Source: Gammaproteobacteria bacterium (GTDB taxonomy: Bacteria; Pseudomonadota; Gammaproteobacteria; SZUA-229). From it: a stretch of 44,958 nt of DNA. Within the stretch, counting starts at the first letter, position 1. Every line of letters begins with the position of its first letter. Location: NCBI GenBank assembly GCA_030637945.1, contig DAOWFN010000092.1, forward strand, positions 1 to 44,958. The letters are read 5' to 3'. A program made the position numbers and the translations under genes. The notes under the pieces are model-generated. The model was not told the DNA's origin, searched no databases, and saw nothing but the letters and a program-made list of their open reading frames with translations. Positions 1-9,343 of this stretch are shown in pieces.

Positions 1-112
1 CGAGAGTGGTATAGGTGAAAAGAATGGCGACGAGAACGACCACTACCAGCAGCTCTAGTAGAGTAAAGCCATGATGTCGCTTAGTGATTTGAGATGTAAA
101 GCTTGTTTGCAT
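1..112 (-). CDS. Type II secretion minor pseudopilin (GspH-like); first 37 codons only, gene runs off the left edge
   Basis: Hand translation of the reverse strand from ATG (112-110) gives MQTSFTSQITKRHHGFTLLELLVVVVLVAILFTYTTL. This has a prepilin peptidase site G|FTLLE followed by a hydrophobic helix. It lies directly downstream of gspG on the same strand. It is absent from the ORF track because the window edge truncates it. Confidence 0.6.
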   Translation of the reverse strand, partial: MQTSFTSQITKRHHGFTLLELLVVVVLVAILFTYTTL

Positions 113-134
113 ATTTAGCAGCAAACCCAATAGT

Positions 135-167
135 CGTCATTCCGGCTAAAAACGTGCCGGAATGACG
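135..167 (-). promoter_or_regulatory. Perfect 12-bp stem-loop between gspG and the next pseudopilin gene
   Basis: CGTCATTCCGGC (135-146) and GCCGGAATGACG (156-167) are exact reverse complements around a 9-nt loop. No clean U-tract follows on the minus strand. Confidence 0.5.
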
Positions 168-216
168 CGGGTTAAAAAATAAAACCAGATGCTTGATTTC
201 AAAGAGGTGTTTGATC

Positions 217-675
217 CTAATCCCATGAACCGATGTCTGTATTAGGGCCTTCACCACCGGGTGCGGCATCAGCACCTAGTGAAAAAATATCGGTCTCACC
301 GTGTTCGCCAGGGTTTAAATATAAGTAGTCATTGCCCCAGGGATCTTTGTTCAACTTTTTGATGTAACCGCCCTGTTTCCAGTTTTGTGCTTCAGGTGAA
401 GAAGAGGGTTTATTCACCAGTGCATCCAGTCCTTGATCTGTCGTCGGGTAGACATAATTGTCCAGGCGATATATATCCAGAGCACCGCCTAATGCCTGGA
501 TATCATTTTTCGCTTTGGCAACACGGGCTTTATCCGGGTTATCCATTATGCGAGGTACAACAACACTGGCTAAGATACCGATGATGACTACAACGACCAT
601 GATTTCGATCAGGGTAAAACCAGACTGTTTCCCAATATGTTTATATGGGGTGAATTTTGCTGTTTGATAAAACAC
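217..675 (-). CDS. gspG: Type II secretion major pseudopilin GspG
   Basis: 152 aa. KQSGFTLIEIMVVVVIIGILASVVVPRIM prepilin leader and helix, then the GspG-typical ARVAKAKNDIQAL...DPWGNDYLY...SLGADAAPGGEG. Confidence 0.93.
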   Translation of the reverse strand: MFYQTAKFTPYKHIGKQSGFTLIEIMVVVVIIGILASVVVPRIMDNPDKARVAKAKNDIQALGGALDIYRLDNYVYPTTDQGLDALVNKPSSSPEAQNWKQGGYIKKLNKDPWGNDYLYLNPGEHGETDIFSLGADAAPGGEGPNTDIGSWD

Positions 676-801
676 GTAAAAGCTCCAGTGAATGCAAATC
701 TATGTTGCACGGGTTAATTGCTTTAAACTGCGAAAGTTATGTTAAAAGCACAAAAAATATCTTTTGGATAATAGCAAATGCCAGGCTAACTGCCTATTAC
801 A

Positions 802-1407
802 ATGACAATATCTAATCTATTAAAGTTTCGTTACCAATATCATTCTAGTCATATTCTCTGGTTTATCCTATTTCTGCTTTCCTTTTCTTTGCAGGCGTTT
901 GAATGGGTGGATAGCTGGCGATTTAACCGTGGTCTGGTCGCGCAGGGAGAAGTATGGTTATTGCTCAGCGGGCATATCGTGCATTTGAACTGGTCGCATT
1001 GGTTGTTGAATATGGCAGGTTTGGCCATCGTGGCTTTTTTCTTTAGTGCACATGCCACGTTCAAACAATGGTTTATTGTTATCGTCGTTTCATCCAGTGT
1101 CATTAGTGCCGGGATATGGTGGGGGATGCCTGAACTGCGTTATTATGTGGGTTTGTCGGGTGTGCTACATGGTTTATTTTTGTATGGCGCTCTGCGAGAA
1201 ATCCGATTCTACCCGGTCAGCGGTTATGTGTTGACGACGGTATTGATCGCGAAACTGGTCTGGGAATTTTTTAACGGTGCATTGCCCGGTTCAGAAGATA
1301 TGGCAGGCGGTCGCGTGTTAACTGAAGCGCATCTATTGGGTGCTATTGGCGGTATTCTGGTGTGGTTTTTAGAGTGGATAAAAGATATAACGGATAAAAA
1401 TCAATGA
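802..1407 (+). CDS. Rhomboid-family intramembrane serine protease, rhombosortase-like (about 200 aa class)
   Basis: 201 aa polytopic membrane protein. Contains GHIVHLNWSHWLLNMAG (HxxxxHxxxN), GLSGVLHG (GxSG catalytic Ser) and AHLLGAIGG (AHxxGxxxG catalytic His). Size and N-terminal pattern fit the rhombosortase subfamily rather than GlpG. Confidence 0.7.
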   Translation: MTISNLLKFRYQYHSSHILWFILFLLSFSLQAFEWVDSWRFNRGLVAQGEVWLLLSGHIVHLNWSHWLLNMAGLAIVAFFFSAHATFKQWFIVIVVSSSVISAGIWWGMPELRYYVGLSGVLHGLFLYGALREIRFYPVSGYVLTTVLIAKLVWEFFNGALPGSEDMAGGRVLTEAHLLGAIGGILVWFLEWIKDITDKNQ

Positions 1408-1488
1408 TGGTGCTGATTGCATCTTTTATGGCCACAAATTACACTGCGATATACCATAAGAACGCTGAGCGTAAATACATTAAATTAA

Positions 1489-2634
1489 ATGCCTGAAACC
1501 ATAGCAGACGATTCTGTAGGAATTGTTGAAACAAAAACTACCCACTTTGCTGAAGCGTTAACGCTGGAATGCGATAAAACCCTGGCAGAGTATGACATTG
1601 CCTATGAGACCTATGGCGAACTGAATGCGGATTCCAGTAATGCTATCCTGATCTGCCATGCTCTATCAGGTGATCAACATGCTGCGGGTTATTACGGCAT
1701 GGATGATAAAAAGCCGGGCTGGTGGGATAGCGCAATAGGCCCGGGCAAGCCAATTGATACCAATCGGTTTTTTGTGGTGTCTATTAACAATCTTGGTGGT
1801 TGTAAAGGTTCAAGTGGTCCTAATACCGTTAATCCTGAAACGGGCAAATACTGGGGGCCTGACTTTCCTATCGTTACCGTCAAGGATTGGGTGAAGTGCC
1901 AATACCGCTTTATGCTGTCACTCAACATAAACCACTGGTGTGCCGTTATCGGCGGCAGCCTGGGTGGTATGCAGGTTCTGCAATGGACGATCGATTATCC
2001 GGATTTAATAAAACATGCCATTGTTATAGCGGCAGCACCTAAGCTTTCAGCACAGAATATTGCATTTAATGAGGTGGCTCGCCAGTCTATTATGTCAGAC
2101 CCTGATTTTTGTGATGGGCATTATCTGGAAAACGATACCGTGCCACGTCGTGGGCTGATGCTGGCGAGGATGCTGGGACATATTACTTATTTATCGGATG
2201 ACGCCATGCGCGATAAGTTTGGCCGTGAATTGCGAGAAGGTAAGCTAAATTTTGGTTTTGATGTGGATTTTCAGGTCGAAAGCTATCTGCGTTATCAGGG
2301 GCGTTCATTTGTTGATCGTTTTGACGCTAATACCTATTTATTGATGACCAAAACACTGGATTATTTTGATCCGGCCAGTGACTATGAAGACAATCTGGCA
2401 CTGGCAGTAAAACAGACCAGTGCCCAATTTCTGGTTATTTCATTTACTTCTGACTGGCGGTTTGCGCCAGAGCGCTCACGGGAGATTACCAAAGCTTTGT
2501 TGCAGGCTGAAAAGCGAGTGAGTTATATCGAAATCGATGCTAATCAGGGGCATGATGCTTTTTTAATCCCAATTCCTCATTACATGAATGTTTTAGGCTC
2601 GTACATGCTGAATATTGCTAAGGATCTGTCATGA
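1489..2634 (+). CDS. metX: Homoserine O-acyltransferase MetX (acetyl or succinyl specificity not decidable by eye)
   Basis: 381 aa alpha/beta hydrolase with [17 protein letters not shown]...[12 protein letters not shown] and [12 protein letters not shown]. It is followed by metW with an ATGA overlap. Confidence 0.92.
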   Translation: MPETIADDSVGIVETKTTHFAEALTLECDKTLAEYDIAYETYGELNADSSNAILICHALSGDQHAAGYYGMDDKKPGWWDSAIGPGKPIDTNRFFVVSINNLGGCKGSSGPNTVNPETGKYWGPDFPIVTVKDWVKCQYRFMLSLNINHWCAVIGGSLGGMQVLQWTIDYPDLIKHAIVIAAAPKLSAQNIAFNEVARQSIMSDPDFCDGHYLENDTVPRRGLMLARMLGHITYLSDDAMRDKFGRELREGKLNFGFDVDFQVESYLRYQGRSFVDRFDANTYLLMTKTLDYFDPASDYEDNLALAVKQTSAQFLVISFTSDWRFAPERSREITKALLQAEKRVSYIEIDANQGHDAFLIPIPHYMNVLGSYMLNIAKDLS

Positions 2635-3278
2635 GTCAGGCAATCGAGCATCTAAAGGGAATGGAGAAAGGCAGTCTGCGAGCAGATCTGGACATTATTG
2701 CGGGCTGGATAAAAGCAGATACCAAGGTGCTGGATCTAGGCTGTGGTGATGGCACATTGTTGGCGTATCTGCGTGATCAGCATAATGTTCTAGGGTATGG
2801 GCTTGAGATTGATCTATTTAACATCGAAGTGTGTGTTGAAAAAAATATCAACGTCATTCAGGCAAATCTTAATGATGGCTTAAAGGCTTATTTTGCGGAC
2901 AATAGTTTCGACTGTGTCATCATGAGTCAAACGTTACAGGCGACGGAGCAGCCTGATCTGTTAATCGAGGAAATGTTGAGAGTTGGCGCTGAGGGTATCG
3001 TCACTTTTCCTAATATGGCGCACTGGAGTGCACGTTTGCAACTGGGTTTGAAAGGCATTATGCCCGTTACAAAAAACTTGCCAAATCAATGGTTTAATAC
3101 GCCGAATGTACACTTGTGTACGCTTAATGATTTTGAAATACTGTGCCAAAAGCACGGTATTCAGATTCTGGAGCGCGCGGTAGTGGATTACAGCCATAAA
3201 AAAGGCAGTTGGCTGACGAATTTGTTTCCCAATTTGCTAGGCGAAATTGCTATTTACCGTTTCTGTCGCCACCAGTAA
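2631..3278 (+). CDS. metW: Methionine biosynthesis protein MetW
   Basis: 215 aa with a [15 protein letters not shown]-MTase-like motif. The start is coupled to the metX stop (ATGA at 2631-2634), the classic metXW pair. Confidence 0.9.
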   Translation: MSQAIEHLKGMEKGSLRADLDIIAGWIKADTKVLDLGCGDGTLLAYLRDQHNVLGYGLEIDLFNIEVCVEKNINVIQANLNDGLKAYFADNSFDCVIMSQTLQATEQPDLLIEEMLRVGAEGIVTFPNMAHWSARLQLGLKGIMPVTKNLPNQWFNTPNVHLCTLNDFEILCQKHGIQILERAVVDYSHKKGSWLTNLFPNLLGEIAIYRFCRHQ

Positions 3279-3438
3279 GAATCCTTCAGTTAAACTTTTA
3301 GCTAATTTTCACGTCTCATTAACGTTGTTTTCATGCCAATTGTGAAAATATAATGTTAATTCATGTAATTGCTCAGCAATGCAGGGCATAGACTGCTAGA
3401 ATTTAGCTTACGTACGAACTTTAAGAATATATCTCAAA

Positions 3439-4329
3439 TTGATAGCTAACACACTGATAACACAACTAAACAACCCGGTTGTGTTACTGAAAATTAACCA
3501 ACGTATGGCTGTGATAATGAGTTTACTGCTTATCGTTGCCTGCGCCTATTTGTTGGTAGAAACCACCTGGATGTTTTTTTCACAGGAGGATGAAAAGGTG
3601 TTGCCAGTTCAGAAAAAAATTGGGTCGGTCAGTAGTAAGCAGGCGCAACAGAATAAATTTAGACAATTAACATCGGCTAATGTTTTTGGTATCAGTCAAA
3701 GTGCGCCGGTGGCTAAACAAGCTAAAGCGCCTGAAACAAAGCTTAATCTCACTCTTAAAGGTGTTTTGGCAGCAAAGCCAATGAAGTTAGCCAGCGCTAT
3801 TATCGCCCAGGGGAAATCCGGTAAGGAAGAAATTTACGGCGTGGGTGATAAAATGAAGGGCGGGGTTTTAATCAAAGAGATTCATCCAGAGCATGTGGTG
3901 CTCGAGCGTAGCGGTCGAAGGGAGATATTAAAGCTGCAGAAAATAAGCGGTGTTAATTTAAAGCCAACGAATAAGGCAGGATATAATTTACGGTCTGGTG
4001 GTTCAGGTGGCGTCGCTGGAAGAGCGCTAGCAACAATCCGAAAAGATATTCTAAAAAACCCGACGTCATTTGGTGAATATGCGCTACCTGTTGTCGTCAA
4101 AGAAAATGGTAAACAAGTCGGCTATCGTTTACAGCCACAGAAAAAAGGTGAGTTACTCTCTGAGTTAGGGATACGGCCTACAGACGTGATAACAGAGATT
4201 AATGGCGTAAAACTGGATAAACCTCAAAACGGCATCAGTGCTTTGCGTAAATTAAGTACAGCGAAAAATGTGAATATAGTGGTGAAGCGTAATGGCGCAG
4301 AAGTCCCGCTCAGCATTACGCTACAATAA
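3439..4329 (+). CDS. gspC: Type II secretion protein GspC (TM anchor plus C-terminal PDZ)
   Basis: N-terminal TM segment (MAVIMSLLLIVACAYLLV), HR-like region (LNLTLKGVLA), C-terminal PDZ-like GIRPTDVITEINGVKLD. Lies immediately upstream of gspD. The track start is TTG; ATG at 3505 is an alternative. Confidence 0.8.
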   Translation: MIANTLITQLNNPVVLLKINQRMAVIMSLLLIVACAYLLVETTWMFFSQEDEKVLPVQKKIGSVSSKQAQQNKFRQLTSANVFGISQSAPVAKQAKAPETKLNLTLKGVLAAKPMKLASAIIAQGKSGKEEIYGVGDKMKGGVLIKEIHPEHVVLERSGRREILKLQKISGVNLKPTNKAGYNLRSGGSGGVAGRALATIRKDILKNPTSFGEYALPVVVKENGKQVGYRLQPQKKGELLSELGIRPTDVITEINGVKLDKPQNGISALRKLSTAKNVNIVVKRNGAEVPLSITLQ

Positions 4330-4352
4330 GAAAGATATTTAGGAAAGTTTGC

Positions 4353-6422
4353 ATGACAATGGTTCAATTACTAACACGATTATTATCATCTGGTTTGCGC
4401 TCGCGGCGTACGGCTAAAGGTGTGTTGTTATCAGCTTTGTTATCTCTTTGTATTGCTACCCAGGCTATTGCCGATGAAATCACGCTAAATCTAAAAGATG
4501 CTGATATCCGCGCATTGATCAGCACTGTTTCCAAATTTACCGGTAAAAACTTCATTATTGATCCGCGCGTTAAAGCGAAGGTAACGGTCATCTCAGCGAA
4601 TACACTAACGCCTGAAGCGGTGTATGAAGTTTTTCTTTCTGTTTTGCAAGTACATGGTTATGCTGCCGTGCCAACAGGTTCGGTGATCAAAATTGTTCCC
4701 GAGGTCAATGCCAAGCAAGGCCCATTGCCATTGTCTACCAGACAAGATACATATCTTTCTGACGAATTAATTACAAAGATCATTCGTTTAGATCATGTTC
4801 CTGCATCACAGCTAGTTCCGATATTAAGACCTCTGGTGCCACAGCAAGGCCATCTGGCAGCATACAATCCGACAAATACATTAATAATTACTGACCATGC
4901 CGGCAATATAAGGCGCCTGTTAAAAATTATTGCTGGTGTTGATCGTCCAGACAGTGATGAGCTGGAGATTATCCCGTTAAAACATGCTTCAGCTTCTGAG
5001 TTGGTGCGTATCTTAAATTCGCTTAATACGGGCGGTGCTGCTGCTAAAGGTGCTACGAAAAAAGTGAAACTGGCTGCAGATGATAGAACCAACAGTGTTT
5101 TAGTGACTGGCGAGCGTTCCTCACGGTTAAGGATGCGAGCAACCATCAGTTATCTAGATACGCCATTAGAAGATGGTGGTGGTAATACGCATGTCATCTA
5201 TTTGAAATATGCTAAAGCAGAAAATCTGGCAAAGATATTAACCGGTTTAAAAGAAGAGGGTAAAAGAGCAAAGGCCTCTAAAGTAAAAGCTGCGCCAACG
5301 AAAGTAACGACGGGTAGTGTCATTAGCCAGAATGCCATTATTCAGGCAGATGAAGAAACCAATGCGTTAATTATTACCGCTGACCAAAACACGGTCAAAA
5401 ATTTAAAAGCCGTTATTCGCCAGTTGGACATACGACGTGCACAGGTGTTGATCGAAGCAATTATCGCTGAGATCACTACTACTAATGATAAAGAGATCGG
5501 TGTTGGACTGGCAGTCGATGCATCACAGCGAGACAGCGGTGCTTTGCCCGTAGGTGTGAGTAATTTCGCCGGTGTTGGTGATTTACTGCTAGCAGCCCTT
5601 GGTGATGCTGTACCAACATCGTTACCTTCAGGTTTGTCCTTTGGTATCGGCGGCGAAGGCAGTTCAGGCGTGAGATATGGTGCTCTGTTGCGTGCTTTAC
5701 AAACGGATCAAAATACCAACATCTTATCAACCCCGAATATCGTTACACTGGATAATGAAGAGGCAGAACTAATCGTTGGTCAGAATTTACCGTTTGTAAC
5801 GGGTAGTTTTACCGGCACCGGAAGTACTGATCCAAGTAACCCATTTCAAACCATCGAAAGGCAGGATGTTGGTTTAACCTTAAAAGTAACGCCACAGATT
5901 AATGAAGGTGATACCGTTAAACTGGTGATAGAGCAGGAGACATCAAGCGTGATTCCGGGTACTGTTGAGCTCGGTATAGCTACACGAAAACGCTCGATTA
6001 AAACAAGTGTATTAGTGGATGATGGAGGTATCCTTATTTTAGGTGGTTTGATTCAGGAGGAAGTAACAGACACAGAAAGTAAAGTGCCACTGCTCGGTGA
6101 TATCCCATTGATAGGGTTTTTATTCCGCTCGCAAAGTACTACCAAATCAAAAGCAAATTTGATGGTGTTCTTGCGTCCAAGTATTTTACGTGATCATAGA
6201 GATGCCGCTTTTATAACCAACGAAAAGTATAATTATATACGTGGTATAGAAAGCGAAGCATATAACGAAGAGGATGGAAGTTTTGGTTTGTTAGATAGTG
6301 CAGCGCCAAGATTGCCGCCCATAGAAGAGTTGGACAGGTCAAAACAAGCGGAAGAAAAATCACAGGTTAACATTGATTCAGACGATAGCGACTGGGATGA
6401 AGATGATGATGGATTCCTCTAA
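4353..6422 (+). CDS. gspD: Type II secretion secretin GspD
   Basis: 689 aa with a signal peptide, N0-N3 domains (ITLNLKDADIRALISTVSKFTGKNFIIDPRV) and a secretin core (NILSTPNIVTLDNEEAELIVGQNLPF...VPLLGDIPLIGFLFR). Confidence 0.95.
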   Translation: MTMVQLLTRLLSSGLRSRRTAKGVLLSALLSLCIATQAIADEITLNLKDADIRALISTVSKFTGKNFIIDPRVKAKVTVISANTLTPEAVYEVFLSVLQVHGYAAVPTGSVIKIVPEVNAKQGPLPLSTRQDTYLSDELITKIIRLDHVPASQLVPILRPLVPQQGHLAAYNPTNTLIITDHAGNIRRLLKIIAGVDRPDSDELEIIPLKHASASELVRILNSLNTGGAAAKGATKKVKLAADDRTNSVLVTGERSSRLRMRATISYLDTPLEDGGGNTHVIYLKYAKAENLAKILTGLKEEGKRAKASKVKAAPTKVTTGSVISQNAIIQADEETNALIITADQNTVKNLKAVIRQLDIRRAQVLIEAIIAEITTTNDKEIGVGLAVDASQRDSGALPVGVSNFAGVGDLLLAALGDAVPTSLPSGLSFGIGGEGSSGVRYGALLRALQTDQNTNILSTPNIVTLDNEEAELIVGQNLPFVTGSFTGTGSTDPSNPFQTIERQDVGLTLKVTPQINEGDTVKLVIEQETSSVIPGTVELGIATRKRSIKTSVLVDDGGILILGGLIQEEVTDTESKVPLLGDIPLIGFLFRSQSTTKSKANLMVFLRPSILRDHRDAAFITNEKYNYIRGIESEAYNEEDGSFGLLDSAAPRLPPIEELDRSKQAEEKSQVNIDSDDSDWDEDDDGFL

Positions 6423-7950
6423 TGCCGAACAGGCAGTCGAGTTAAATGAGGATAGTAACCCGCAGGATTTAGTCCCACCATTAACCTCACAGATTTTGCC
6501 ATACGCGTTTGCTAAACGTCATGGTGTGCTGATCGGTCAGATCGAAGATGATGTTGTCAATTTATTGCATCGCGACTCGCCTAATCCGGTCGTCCTTGCA
6601 GAAGTTCGTCGCATAACGCGTCGCAATATTTCGTTGAATCCTACTACAGAAGAGCAGTTTGCAGCTTTGCTGGCACAGACCTATGAACAGGGAAGTGACC
6701 AGGCAATGGCGATGATGGAAGGTGTTGGTGACGAGCTGAATTTAGATGAGCTTGCGGAAACACTGGAGCCTGAGGATCTGATGGAGGCGGATGATGATGC
6801 GCCGATCATCCGTTTGATCAACGCATTATTAAGCGAGGCGATAAAAGTTAATGCCTCGGACGTACATGTCGAACCCTTTGAAAATCGTTTACGTATCCGC
6901 TTTCGTGTGGATGGTATGTTGCGTGAGATCTTGCAGCCACCGGGAAATATCGCGCCATTGGTAATATCTCGTATCAAAGTAATGGCAAAACTGGATATTG
7001 CAGAAAAACGTCTGCCACAGGATGGGCGTATCTCGTTACGTGTTGCCGGTCGAGCCGTCGATGTGCGTGTATCAACTTTACCGTCAGGACATGGCGAACG
7101 TGTCGTTATGCGTCTGCTCGATAAACAGGCAGGACGACTTGATCTTGAACAGCTGGGCATGTCGAAAACAGAACATGACAGATTTCATCAGATGCTGCAT
7201 AAACCCCATGGTATTATCCTGGTTACTGGCCCGACTGGATCTGGTAAAACCACAACACTGTATGCTGGTCTAACTATCCTCAATGTTAAATCACGAAATA
7301 TTTTAACGGTCGAAGATCCGATTGAGTATTACATCGATGGAATCGGGCAGACTCAGGTGAATACAAAAGTCGATATGACATTTGCCCGTGGCTTGCGTTC
7401 TATCTTGCGACAGGATCCTGATGTGGTGATGATCGGTGAGATACGTGATCTGGAAACGGCTTCGATCGCCGTTCAAGCCAGTTTGACGGGACATCTCGTG
7501 TTGTCCACCCTGCATACTAATAGTGCGATTGGTGCGATCACCCGTCTACGTGACATGGGTGTTGAACCTTTCTTGCTGGCATCCAGTTTGATCGGTGTAA
7601 TGGCGCAACGACTGGTTAGAAACCTATGTCCGCATTGTAAAAAACCGCATGAGACCACACAGAAAGAACGCGAGTGGCTGAGTATGGATGCAGACGACCA
7701 TACTGTTATTTATTCTGCTGATGGATGCAGTGAATGTAATCATTTAGGTTATATAGGCCGAAGTGGTTTATATGAATTTATTCCTATCGATCATCATTTA
7801 CAAAACATGATTCATGAAGGTGATGGTGAACAGGCGATGGAAGAGTATGCGCGAACGATCTCTCCGAGTCTAAGCCAGGATGGTAAACGCATGATTCTTG
7901 AAGGTGAAACATCGCTCGAAGAAGTTTTGCGTGTTAGTAGAGAAGACTAA
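6397..7950 (+). CDS. gspE: Type II secretion ATPase GspE
   Basis: Walker A GPTGSGKTTT, Asp box, His box TGHLVLSTLHTN and tetracysteine CPHC...CSEC. I prefer the ATG at 6397 (overlapping the gspD stop) over the TTG at 6373 given by the track. Confidence 0.93.
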   Translation: MKMMMDSSNAEQAVELNEDSNPQDLVPPLTSQILPYAFAKRHGVLIGQIEDDVVNLLHRDSPNPVVLAEVRRITRRNISLNPTTEEQFAALLAQTYEQGSDQAMAMMEGVGDELNLDELAETLEPEDLMEADDDAPIIRLINALLSEAIKVNASDVHVEPFENRLRIRFRVDGMLREILQPPGNIAPLVISRIKVMAKLDIAEKRLPQDGRISLRVAGRAVDVRVSTLPSGHGERVVMRLLDKQAGRLDLEQLGMSKTEHDRFHQMLHKPHGIILVTGPTGSGKTTTLYAGLTILNVKSRNILTVEDPIEYYIDGIGQTQVNTKVDMTFARGLRSILRQDPDVVMIGEIRDLETASIAVQASLTGHLVLSTLHTNSAIGAITRLRDMGVEPFLLASSLIGVMAQRLVRNLCPHCKKPHETTQKEREWLSMDADDHTVIYSADGCSECNHLGYIGRSGLYEFIPIDHHLQNMIHEGDGEQAMEEYARTISPSLSQDGKRMILEGETSLEEVLRVSRED

Positions 7951-7969
7951 ATAGCAGTTAATAACTAAT

Positions 7970-8058
7970 AGTGAATAGTGAATAGTGAAAAGCAAAGAGC
8001 AATTTCTGATAACAGAGCAACAGTGGAAAAAAGAGTTTTTCACTATTCGCTATTCACT
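7970..8058. repeat. Long hairpin built from inverted AGTGAAT/ATTCACT heptamer repeats between gspE and gspF
   Basis: AGTGAATAGTGAATAGTGAAAA (7970-7991) pairs with TTTTCACTATTCGCTATTCACT (8037-8058) at 21 of 22 positions, with a 45-nt loop. Each arm is 3-4 tandem 7-mers. Confidence 0.75.
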
Positions 8059-8081
8059 AATAACTATTCACCGCTTTTAAA

Positions 8082-9323
8082 ATGGCAGCATTTGATTACA
8101 TTGCACTGGATGCAAAAGGCAAAGAGTTAAAAGGGATCATCGAAGGTGATGGTGCCAGACAGGTTCGCCAGATATTACGTGATAAGGGCTTGATGCCGCT
8201 GGAGATCACCGAGAGTCTTAAAAAAGCGCAAGGCAAGCAGGGTAGTGGTAAAAGTGCGGGCCTGAATAAGCCGCTTTTTTTACAGCGTAGTATCAGCTCA
8301 ACAGAATTAGCTTTATTGACAAGACAGCTGGCCACATTGATCCAGGCAGCTTTACCATTGGATGAAACACTTTCAGCCGTTGCCAATCAAACGGACAAAC
8401 CAAGAATAAAAAGTATGTTGTACGCGATTCGTTCCCGCGTACTCGAAGGTCATACACTCGCTGCAGGTCTTGCCGACTACCCCAAGGTTTTTCCAGAATT
8501 ATATCGTGCGACAGTCGATGCAGGTGAGCAATCCGGTCATCTTGATACGGTATTGGAGCGCCTGGCGGATTACACTGAAAGCCAGCAGGAAATTCAGAGC
8601 AAAGTCAGGCAGGCACTAATTTATCCTGCATTTCTATCATTGTTTGCGATTGCCATTGTTGTTTTCATGATGACCAGCATCGTGCCGCAGGTGGTTTCGG
8701 TCTTTGAGGATACGGGGCAGGAGTTACCGGGGCTGACCATCTCATTGATTGCGATGAGTGATTTTGTTGTTGATTATGGTCTGTTGATGTTGTTTGTCGT
8801 AGTTGCTGCTATTGTCGGTTTCAAGGTAGCGTTAACAAAGCCGGCGTTTGTGATGAAATACCACATGTTCCTGTTTCGGTTGCCGATTATTCAACGTCTC
8901 GTGCGTGGTTTGAATGCGGCATTGTTTACCCGCACATTCAGTATCCTTAGTGGTAGTGGCGTAACCGTTCTCGAAGCGATGAAAATTTCAGCAAAAGTAG
9001 TGGCGAACCTGCCGATGAGGGAGGCGATTTTGCAGGCGACAGACCGGGTGCGCGAAGGTACAGGAATAAAAAATGCACTGGAGCATAGCAAGTTATTTCC
9101 CCCGATGACTCTGCAGCTTATCGCCAGCGGGGAAAACAGTGGTAAGTTAGAAGAAATGCTGGAACGCGCTTCGATGCAACTGGAACGTGAGCAAGTAACG
9201 TTGATTGCTTACATCGTGGGTATATTAGAGCCGGTGATCATTCTGGCCATGGGTCTGATGGTATTGCTTATCGTTCTGGGTATCCTGTTGCCGATATTTG
9301 ATTTGAATTCATTGGTGAAATAA
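8082..9323 (+). CDS. gspF: Type II secretion inner-membrane platform protein GspF
   Basis: 413 aa. MAAFDYIALDAKGKELKGIIE start, two GspF/PilC repeats and three TM segments. Confidence 0.93.
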   Translation: MAAFDYIALDAKGKELKGIIEGDGARQVRQILRDKGLMPLEITESLKKAQGKQGSGKSAGLNKPLFLQRSISSTELALLTRQLATLIQAALPLDETLSAVANQTDKPRIKSMLYAIRSRVLEGHTLAAGLADYPKVFPELYRATVDAGEQSGHLDTVLERLADYTESQQEIQSKVRQALIYPAFLSLFAIAIVVFMMTSIVPQVVSVFEDTGQELPGLTISLIAMSDFVVDYGLLMLFVVVAAIVGFKVALTKPAFVMKYHMFLFRLPIIQRLVRGLNAALFTRTFSILSGSGVTVLEAMKISAKVVANLPMREAILQATDRVREGTGIKNALEHSKLFPPMTLQLIASGENSGKLEEMLERASMQLEREQVTLIAYIVGILEPVIILAMGLMVLLIVLGILLPIFDLNSLVK

Positions 9324-9343
9324 AAAACTTTAACCGCAGAGGA

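Noticed and set aside
81-275. 64-aa minus-strand ORF across the gspG-gspH spacer
   Set aside because: It overlaps the gspG 3-prime end and the 12-bp hairpin. The real downstream gene is the pseudopilin frame that starts at 112.
3300-3360. Possible gspC promoter (TATAAT at 3348-3353) and an 8-bp ATTTTCAC/GTGAAAAT inverted repeat
   Set aside because: The -35 match is weak and the inverted repeat is short and AT-rich. It is plausible, but I cannot distinguish it from chance in an AT-rich spacer.
6681-7160. 159-aa minus-strand ORF inside gspE
   Set aside because: It is antisense to a highly conserved ATPase and has an Arg/Ser/Pro-rich composition typical of spurious frames.
7958-8072. Possible CRISPR or tandem-repeat array
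   Set aside because: The units are only 7 bp, they are arranged as inverted arms of one hairpin, and there are no spacers or cas genes.
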